Source: Gemmatimonadales bacterium (GTDB lineage Bacteria; Gemmatimonadota; Gemmatimonadetes; Gemmatimonadales; GWC2-71-9). From it: a stretch of 64,000 nt of DNA. The DNA is taken from contig OZ252291.1 in NCBI GenBank assembly GCA_965250155.1, positions 1,804,024 through 1,868,023 on the forward strand, given 5' to 3'. Every line of letters starts with the position of its first letter. Position 1 is the stretch's first letter. Below, piece after piece: positions 52,339 through 59,170 of the stretch. The notes below the pieces were generated by a model that did no database searches, was not told the DNA's origin, and worked only from the letters and a program-made list of their open reading frames with translations. The position numbers were made by a program, and so were the translations under genes.

Positions 52339-52794
52339 TCAGCTGTAGAGCGCATGGAGCCGGTACGAGAAGAATGCAATAACCGCACCTTCGAGCACCC
52401 AGGACATCGGTTGCCTGTAGTAGCCACTGTACATTTTCCACCCCCAATAGCCGGTGTCCTGGAATAAGCTGAGAGTGAATTTCTTCTTGGAGACGGGCCA
52501 AAGGAGCGGCTGGCCCACCGTACTGCCGATATCAGCCAAGTAGTGGGTGACGGTCGCGATGAAGGCAAAAAGTGCGTAGTGTGGAGAGATCACATAAACC
52601 ATCCCGGTCACGACGACGGCAAAGAGAAGGCTGTGTGTCACCGTACAGTGAAATGAGGGCTTAGCCAAGCCTGCCTTCACCAGAAGTACATCTGCGTTGG
52701 GGAGAAAGTGGACGCCGAGACAGAACACGGCCATTCTGGGATTCCAGTCGTAGGTCGCGATCGACAGCGCCAAGGGAACATGGCCCAACTGCAT
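52339..52794 (-). CDS. DUF457/YdjM-like membrane-bound metal-dependent hydrolase
   Basis: Start at MQLGHVPLAL (52794). LPNADVLL and TVTHSLLF motifs. The ORF is open further upstream to 53049, but that part does not look family-like. Confidence 0.55.
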   Translation of the reverse strand: MQLGHVPLALSIATYDWNPRMAVFCLGVHFLPNADVLLVKAGLAKPSFHCTVTHSLLFAVVVTGMVYVISPHYALFAFIATVTHYLADIGSTVGQPLLWPVSKKKFTLSLFQDTGYWGWKMYSGYYRQPMSWVLEGAVIAFFSYRLHALYS

Positions 52795-53232
52795 GCGTGA
52801 TCCTCCGTAAACGGGTGGTGTGGTCAATGTCCATAGCAATTTGCTTTCGCCTGTCCCAAGTATGTCCCGTGGTCCTGGTGGTGTCCAGCCGCCCGGACCA
52901 AGACGTCCGATGCACCCGTGACACGGTCTGCGTTCCCGCGTCGTCCAGTAGAACTGGAGGGAGCCGGGGTGCTCTGGGTTCGGTATCCAGTAGTCGAGGA
53001 GCCCCTGTGACGAATATTCGTCGTGCCACTCGGAGCAGCGCACGAACATGACTTCCTGCTGTCTTCGTAAACCGCCATGGTCGGCACGATCGCAAAGTCC
53101 AGGTCGAGCAACTCCTGCATCACGGCGTTCTACTCAATGGGCTATTGGTGCTCATGAAATCCTCAGGTCTGTCGGCCAGTCGTTCCAGCTCGCTTAATAT
53201 GGCGTGTACGCAATATAATATAGCTTATAGCT

Positions 53233-53246
53233 GATATTGTCAATAT
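53233..53246. promoter_or_regulatory. operator-like palindrome GATATTGTCAATAT upstream of the XRE gene
   Basis: Identical to 2900-2913. Its right edge is 24 nt before the ATG at 53270. The flanks (53215-53260) are also partially similar to 2883-2928. Confidence 0.55.
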
Positions 53247-53269
53247 GCTGATACGCCATATATTTCAGC

Positions 53270-53659
53270 ATGTCCCCGATCCAGATTCGACTGCGAGAAC
53301 TTCGTACCGCGAAAAGGCTGACCCAGGTCCAGCTCGCGAAGCTGTGCGGCATGCCCCAGTCTACCATCTCGCGCGTCGAATCGGGTTCCACCACAGGGGT
53401 GGATTTCGAGACGCTGGATCGGTTGGCCGCTGCCCTCGGCGTGCACCCATCAGAGCTGATCGTGTACGGACAGATACCGTTCGACTATCGAGGAAGGACC
53501 TACATCGTCCACGACGCCACCGCGCAAGCGGAGACCGTGCCGGCGGGAGTCACGGTCGTGTGGGGAATTCAAGGTGAGGGAATTACATTTCCATCGGAAG
53601 TTGGCGAGACACCGGGGGACATAATCAAGAGAGCGAAGCGAATCCTGGCGAAAAATTGA
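53270..53659 (+). CDS. XRE-family HTH transcriptional regulator with a C-terminal extension
   Basis: LRELRTAKRLTQVQLAKLCGMPQSTISRVESG. Confidence 0.8.
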   Translation: MSPIQIRLRELRTAKRLTQVQLAKLCGMPQSTISRVESGSTTGVDFETLDRLAAALGVHPSELIVYGQIPFDYRGRTYIVHDATAQAETVPAGVTVVWGIQGEGITFPSEVGETPGDIIKRAKRILAKN

Positions 53660-53820
53660 ACAAGACTGCCACCACCAAACAGATCGTCGTCGAGCCATAC
53701 ATAGTATCGGGCTCCTGGGTCTTTGACTTTCTGCCCGCGGGTGTGATTGCTCAGCCGTTCGCCCGGGGCATCCCCGAGATGCTCGACATGGTATTGGCAC
53801 GGAAGCACATGGAAACGTGA
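53656..53820 (+). CDS. small hypothetical protein, N-terminal half of an apparently split gene
   Basis: A TTG start overlaps the XRE stop. EPYIVSGSWVFDFLPAGVIAQPFARGIPEMLD matches a small family I remember (PY..G.WVFDD...GL..EPFV.G...MID). Confidence 0.35.
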   Translation: MNKTATTKQIVVEPYIVSGSWVFDFLPAGVIAQPFARGIPEMLDMVLARKHMET

Positions 53821-54023
53821 GGGAATTCCGGCTCAGCTTTTCCAGCGGTTCCGTTCCGGAATGGGATGGTGAACTGGTGCTGGTGGAGACCGAACCGGGG
53901 GGGCCTCGCTATCGGTTGACCGGCGTGGAAGGCGAGCCCAGCGGGAGGCTCTTCCTCTTGGACTTCTTTTTCCCCGAACCGCCTCAGAAGCTTTACTTCC
54001 GGGTCGAGCATATCGAGGAGTAA
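53817..54023 (+). CDS. C-terminal half of the same small gene
   Basis: FRLSFSSGSVPEWDGELVLVETEPGGPRY...FFFPEPPQKLYFRV continues the same family pattern. It joins if the A-run 53813-53815 gains one A. Confidence 0.4.
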   Translation: MREFRLSFSSGSVPEWDGELVLVETEPGGPRYRLTGVEGEPSGRLFLLDFFFPEPPQKLYFRVEHIEE

Positions 54024-54036
54024 GGGTCGGCGGTCG

Positions 54037-55239
54037 ATGAAGCCTTACACCACTGCGCTGGGTGTCTTCCTCACCTTTCTTGGCTCCGGCGCAGGTACGG
54101 CAGGCGGGTTTCAAGTTGACCAGCTCCCGCGGCCTACTGGTCCGTTCGGTGTGGGTACTACCATCAGGCATTGGAAGGACTCGACGCGCCAGGAGCACTT
54201 CACGGGTGATCCGCACGATCTTCGCCGGCTCGACGTGTACGTGTGGTATCCGGCGGCGTTGCGTTCCGGGCGATCGCCAACGCCCTATGTTCCCAACATC
54301 GACCGCACGGAACGTGTCATGGGATCCGATTACGCAGCACGGGTCCGCGCTGTCAACACGAATTCGACTGTCGAGCCGGCCCTTTCACGCCAACCGGCTC
54401 GTTTTGGGGTCGTCGTCTTCTCGCACGAACTCGGTTCGCTTCCCATGCATTACACGGCGCTGGCGGAAGAGCTGGCCAGCCACGGCTACTTGGTCGCTTC
54501 GGTCAACCACAGCTTTGGCAGCGCGGCGACGGTTCTAGGCAGGAGAGGTGCCCAACCGCTACACCGATCGTGGCGTTCCGCGTTCGCAATTACGCCGGAG
54601 GCGGACCGATTCTTGGGGGAGGCGATCACGGAGTGGGCCGCGGACATCATCTTCGTCATCAATCAACTCGCCGCCGAACATCGTGTACCGACGGAATTCT
54701 TTGGTGGCCGGCTGGATCTCTCCCACATTGTTGCGGCGGGCCATTCACACGGCGGGTCGGCGGCCTTGTTTGCAGGCCAGATCGACCCGCGAATCAAGGC
54801 CGTGATCAACCTGGGCGGTCCCGCGCGTAGCATACACGCGGGGTTTTCTCTGAATGTCCCGGTCTTGTGGATGCTTCAGGATCGTTCCTCGATGGACAGC
54901 ACGTCGGCGGCTCAGAATCTCAGGGCGTCGGCAGTGCAGTTCAGGACCTTCATGAGGCAGTTGGATGCCTACCGGGATACCCTCATGAGCCGGGCGCCGG
55001 AGGGGAGCTACGTCGTTTCGATTGCGGGATCCCGGGGCAGCCACTTCTCAGACTTGCCGGTGGTGTTCGGCGAGCCCCGGAGTGCGGCCGGGGTTATCGA
55101 CCCCAGCCGCGTCGTGGACATAGTCCGTACGTATGTCGTGAGATTCCTAGCGGTCCAGGCTGGTCTGGCCAACGCTGGCGAGCTGGAGCGACTCGCCCAA
55201 CGTTATCCGGAAGTCGAGTTGGTCAAGCGTCGGAAATAG
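54037..55239 (+). CDS. secreted alpha/beta hydrolase, PAF-acetylhydrolase-like esterase/lipase
   Basis: Signal peptide. VVVFSHELGS, nucleophile elbow AAGHSHGGSAAL. Confidence 0.65.
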   Translation: MKPYTTALGVFLTFLGSGAGTAGGFQVDQLPRPTGPFGVGTTIRHWKDSTRQEHFTGDPHDLRRLDVYVWYPAALRSGRSPTPYVPNIDRTERVMGSDYAARVRAVNTNSTVEPALSRQPARFGVVVFSHELGSLPMHYTALAEELASHGYLVASVNHSFGSAATVLGRRGAQPLHRSWRSAFAITPEADRFLGEAITEWAADIIFVINQLAAEHRVPTEFFGGRLDLSHIVAAGHSHGGSAALFAGQIDPRIKAVINLGGPARSIHAGFSLNVPVLWMLQDRSSMDSTSAAQNLRASAVQFRTFMRQLDAYRDTLMSRAPEGSYVVSIAGSRGSHFSDLPVVFGEPRSAAGVIDPSRVVDIVRTYVVRFLAVQAGLANAGELERLAQRYPEVELVKRRK

Positions 55240-55330
55240 CCCCAAAGTTGTGACCCGGCTCATAGAGCGCCCCTGCTCCGCCCGCCAGATTTGAGGTGTA
55301 TCCTACCAATCTCAACCGCATTGGTGGCGC

Positions 55331-55753
55331 ATGACTCGTACGACGACTGATTGGGCGAAGTTCAACCCCGGAGCGTGGGCCCGGGTCTGGCTCGCTGTTA
55401 AGCCTGCAGTTTCCCGCAATCTCCGCAAAGGAGCCTGGTATCCCGTCCTTCAAGGCGGAGAGTCCACGAAGGTGGTCCTGGACATAGGGGGTCGACCCGT
55501 TGCGGTTCCCCGGCGACTTCTGGAGATCAGGGAAGGTGGTCCAAGGCCAGACTTTTTCGTAGTTGTCTACCGAACCAGGAAGGATTTCAAGCGGACACGC
55601 ACCGCCAAGGGCGACTTGGGGCATGGCTACGCCGTGTGTCCGCGGTGCAGTAGTCGACAGCCACTTCATTCGCACGAAGTGGAGGCTGAGTGCCCGCGGT
55701 GCAAGTTCTTGGGCCGGGTAGGGTGGTGGGAGATCGAGTCGTCTGTCAGGTAG
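55331..55753 (+). CDS. hypothetical protein with C-terminal zinc ribbon
   Basis: 140 aa. CPRCSS..(13)..CPRCKF. Confidence 0.45.
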   Translation: MTRTTTDWAKFNPGAWARVWLAVKPAVSRNLRKGAWYPVLQGGESTKVVLDIGGRPVAVPRRLLEIREGGPRPDFFVVVYRTRKDFKRTRTAKGDLGHGYAVCPRCSSRQPLHSHEVEAECPRCKFLGRVGWWEIESSVR

Positions 55754-55910
55754 CCCAGCTGGGCAGAGGCGCTGCCGAATCCCCGTCACGCCGCCGGTTT
55801 CTCGTTGCAGTGAAGATGTCGTTGCCCTTGCGTAGCCCTCCCCGAAACCGCATTCTCTGCGTGCCAACAAACAACCTTGTTACTCCAGACACATTTGAGG
55901 AGGTCGGGCA

Positions 55911-56327
55911 ATGGATTTCCTGGTTTCCGACGGTTTCCGCACCGCGATTCACGTGGTGGGGCGGGTGCTGTTCTCCATGATGTTCATCATGAGCGGTATG
56001 AACCATCTCATGAAGCTCAACGACATGTCCGCATACGCGGAATCGAAAGGGGTGCCCGCACCCAAGGTGCTGACAGCTGTAAGCGGACTCATGATCATGG
56101 TGGGCGGAGTGCTGGTACTGCTCGGATGGCACCGGTTCATTGGGGCGGGGCTGATCACGATCTTCCTCTTTTCCACAGCGATGCTCATGCACGCGTTCTG
56201 GAAGGAGACCGATCCCCCCGCTCGGATGAATGAAATGGCGCACTTCATGAAAGACATGGCCATGGCGGGTGCGGCTCTGTTAATAGCGTTTTACTCCGCA
56301 GCGGCTTGGCCGATGAGCTTGGGGTAG
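55911..56327 (+). CDS. DoxX-family membrane protein
   Basis: 138 aa, 4 TM. GRVLFSMMFIMSGMNHL and HFMKDMAMAGAALL. Confidence 0.7.
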   Translation: MDFLVSDGFRTAIHVVGRVLFSMMFIMSGMNHLMKLNDMSAYAESKGVPAPKVLTAVSGLMIMVGGVLVLLGWHRFIGAGLITIFLFSTAMLMHAFWKETDPPARMNEMAHFMKDMAMAGAALLIAFYSAAAWPMSLG

Positions 56328-56376
56328 AGTGCGTGGCCAGGATGAACGAAGCTTCATGAAGACGTAGAGCGACTTG

Positions 56377-56402
56377 CCCCGGGCGTGCCGCCCGGGGTTT
56401 TT
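56377..56402 (+). terminator. rho-independent terminator after the DoxX gene
   Basis: CCCCGGGC-GTGCC-GCCCGGGG followed by TTTTT. Confidence 0.8.
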
Positions 56403-56544
56403 GTTGCGAGCCATGATCGCTAACCTTCACGCAGCTCTTGAAGGGTTGCGAACCAACTTTCCAAACGCGCGGGTTGACGAGCGTGTCGTGGGGGTTCACG
56501 ACCGCCACCTGTCTCTCGCCGGATATCGCGCGCCACTCAATCCG

Positions 56545-57675
56545 TCACGCAGGGACGAAGAAAAACGCCACCGCCAGGATCGCGTACACGGCGAGGAGCT
56601 GTACGCCTTCCATCCAGTGTGTTTCTCCATCCTGTGAAATGACGGCCATGATTCCCACTGACGCGGCGATCGCCACGACTTCCATGGTGGTAAACAGCAG
56701 GTCCATGGGCTGCGGGCCGATAAAGTAACTCAGGAAGACGAGCAGCGGGGCCACGAAGAGTGCTATCTGCAGCGATGAGCCGACCGCAATGTTGATGGAC
56801 AGGTCCATCTTGTTCTTGAGGGCCACGATAACAGCGGTCGAGTGCTCGGCTGCATTGCCTATGATTGCCACGAGAATGACACCGATGAAGACTTCGCTCA
56901 TCCCTGCAGCTTCGCCGGCCTGTTCAACTGACGACACCAGCAGCTCGCTCATCACCCCAATGGCAACGGCGGATGCGAGGAGCACCCAAACGGATCGTGT
57001 CACGGACCAAACCGCCCCATGGTCTGCGCCGTTGTTGCTGGGTTCGGCGGACCCGGTGTAGAGGTGGGAGTGTGTCTTGAGGGTGAAGACCAGGGAAAGT
57101 AGGTAGGTAACGAGCAGTACCACCGCGATGAGGAGACTCATGCGATGTTCGCTCAGAGGCGCCGTTTCTCCGGCAATCCGATGGAATATCGCGGGGATGA
57201 TCAGGGAGATGGTACCCAAGAGGAGCATCGTGGTGCCCATGGCCGCCGCAGTCCGGTTGAAGCGGAGAGTGCCGCGCCGTAGGCCTCCGGCCAGGGCGGC
57301 CAAGCCGAACACGAGGAGTATGTTTCCGATGATCGAGCCTGTGATCGAGGCCTTGACTAGGTCGTGCAATCCGGCCCGCAACGCTACGATCGCAATGATC
57401 AACTCGGCGGCGTTTCCGAAGGCTGCGTTGAGGAGTCCGCCGACTCCTTCTCCGACATGGGACGCCAAGTGCTCCGTGGCCCGGCCCATCCATCCGGCTA
57501 AGGGAATGATGGCGACGGCTGACGCGATGAATACCACGATTCCGCTCGCGTGGATCGCGAAGTCCAGCACCAAGGCAAGCGGCACGAAGGCGAGCATGAG
57601 GAGCAGAATGTGGTCGGCAGTGAGAACTCGCTTCACCGGAACCTCGGGGGGAAGGGTCGCCTCCAATTTCCTCAA
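56545..57675 (-). CDS. cax: Ca2+/H+ antiporter (CAX family)
   Basis: Duplicated signature GNAAELIIAIVAL / GNAAEHSTAVIVAL, about 11 TM. Confidence 0.85.
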   Translation of the reverse strand: MRKLEATLPPEVPVKRVLTADHILLLMLAFVPLALVLDFAIHASGIVVFIASAVAIIPLAGWMGRATEHLASHVGEGVGGLLNAAFGNAAELIIAIVALRAGLHDLVKASITGSIIGNILLVFGLAALAGGLRRGTLRFNRTAAAMGTTMLLLGTISLIIPAIFHRIAGETAPLSEHRMSLLIAVVLLVTYLLSLVFTLKTHSHLYTGSAEPSNNGADHGAVWSVTRSVWVLLASAVAIGVMSELLVSSVEQAGEAAGMSEVFIGVILVAIIGNAAEHSTAVIVALKNKMDLSINIAVGSSLQIALFVAPLLVFLSYFIGPQPMDLLFTTMEVVAIAASVGIMAVISQDGETHWMEGVQLLAVYAILAVAFFFVPA

Positions 57676-57767
57676 CCTCAGGCTTGATCGCTAGTGGAGA
57701 TCTCCGATGTAAGGACGCGAGTCGATCGGTAGGTTCGATCGACCTGCCCGGGTACATTCCCTCCACC

Positions 57768-58406
57768 ATGCACACCCAGCCCAAATCCATCCGGCTTTGG
57801 CCGGCGCTGAGCGAAGCAATCAGGGGATCGCAGCAGGACTATACCACCGGTCCTATCGGTCGGTCGATTCTCCTTCTCGCGGTGCCGATGGTGCTCGAAA
57901 CCGTGATGGAGTCGATCTTCGCCGTGGTCGATATCTTTTTTGTGTCACGGCTCGGTGCGGAAGCGGTTGCGACGGTGGGTCTCACCGAATCGATGATGGC
58001 GTTGGTGTACACCGTGGCGATGGGATTGAGCATCGGTGTAACGGCAATGGTTGCGCGTCGGATCGGGGAAAAGGATCCGGACGGTGCTGCCCGCACGGCC
58101 GTACAGGCGATCGGACTCGGCGTTGCGATTGCCGCCGTGCTGGGAGTCGTCGGGGCTACCTTCGCCCCCCAGCTCTTGGGGGCAATGGGCGCAACACCGG
58201 AGATCATTGCCCCCGGCGTGAGTTACACGAGAGTCATGCTCGGCGCTAATGCGACAGTCCTCTTGTTGTTCCTGATAATGCTATCTTTCGAGGGGCTGGG
58301 GACGCAGCGACGGCGATGCGGGTACTGTGGTTGGCCAACGGTATCAATATCGTGCTCGATCCGATGCTCATTTTTGGTTTGGGTCCCTTCCCGGAACTGG
58401 GCATAA
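57768..58406 (+). CDS. MATE-family efflux transporter, N-terminal part (apparent frameshift)
   Basis: PIGRSILLLAVPMVLETVMESIFAVVDIFFVSRLG. The frame breaks at GATAATGC (A-run 58276-58277). Confidence 0.75.
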   Translation: MHTQPKSIRLWPALSEAIRGSQQDYTTGPIGRSILLLAVPMVLETVMESIFAVVDIFFVSRLGAEAVATVGLTESMMALVYTVAMGLSIGVTAMVARRIGEKDPDGAARTAVQAIGLGVAIAAVLGVVGATFAPQLLGAMGATPEIIAPGVSYTRVMLGANATVLLLFLIMLSFEGLGTQRRRCGYCGWPTVSISCSIRCSFLVWVPSRNWA

Positions 58407-59170
58407 GGGGTGCAGCCATCGCCACCAATATCGGGCGTGGCACGGCCGTGTTGTTCCAGTTTTATGCGCTGTCCCGAGTGTCAGGTCGTGTTCGGGTTGT
58501 GGCTGGTCAGATGAGTGTCAACCTCCACGTCATGTGGCAGCTCATACGGTTGTCCGGCACCGGCACGTTCCAAGTGTTCGTGGGTACGGCGAGCTGGATC
58601 GGGCTGATTCGGATCCTCTCGGCGTTCGGGAGCGATGTGTTGGCGGGATACACCATCGGGATCCGGGTGATCATCTTCGCGCTGCTTCCTAGTTGGGGCA
58701 TGAGCAATGCCGCGGCCACGATGGTGGGACAAGCGCTGGGTGCGGGGAAGCCGGAGCGTGCGGAACGCGCCGTATGGATTGCGGCGTTCTACAATATGAT
58801 ATTTCTTGGTGCTATCGGGTTGCTGTTCATCATCTTTGCACCGGAAATCGTAGGCATATTTACGTCCGATCCGGGACCGACCCACTATGGTGTTAGTTGT
58901 TTGCGCATTGTGAGTACGGGTTTTCTCTTCTACGCGTACGGCATGGTGCTCACCCAATCGTTCAACGGAGCGGGTGACACGTGCACGCCGACCATCATCA
59001 ACCTCTTCTGTTTCTGGCTTCTTGAGCTCCCATTGGCTTACGCGTTGGCCCATCCATTTGGGATTGAAGCGCGAGGAGTATTCCTCGCCTTGACCATTGC
59101 CTTCTCCTCGCTCGCCGTGGTCAGCGCAGTACTGTTCCGGCGGGGGAGGTGGAAGACGAGGAAGGTGTAG
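58316..59170 (+). CDS. MATE-family efflux transporter, C-terminal part
   Basis: With one extra A at 58276-58277 the reading becomes [34 protein letters not shown], a canonical MATE segment. The rest is 6 TM, ending ..[10 protein letters not shown]. Confidence 0.75.
   Translation: [284 protein letters not shown]

Noticed and set aside
52795-53049. 85-codon N-terminal extension of the DUF457-like gene (ORF open to 53049).
   Set aside because: The extension (..SEWHDEYSSQGLLDYWIPNPEHPGS..RRPCHGC..) does not resemble the family, and the internal Met at 52794 gives the typical MQLGH.. start. The upstream part may still be a separate small gene or a remnant, but I cannot support one.
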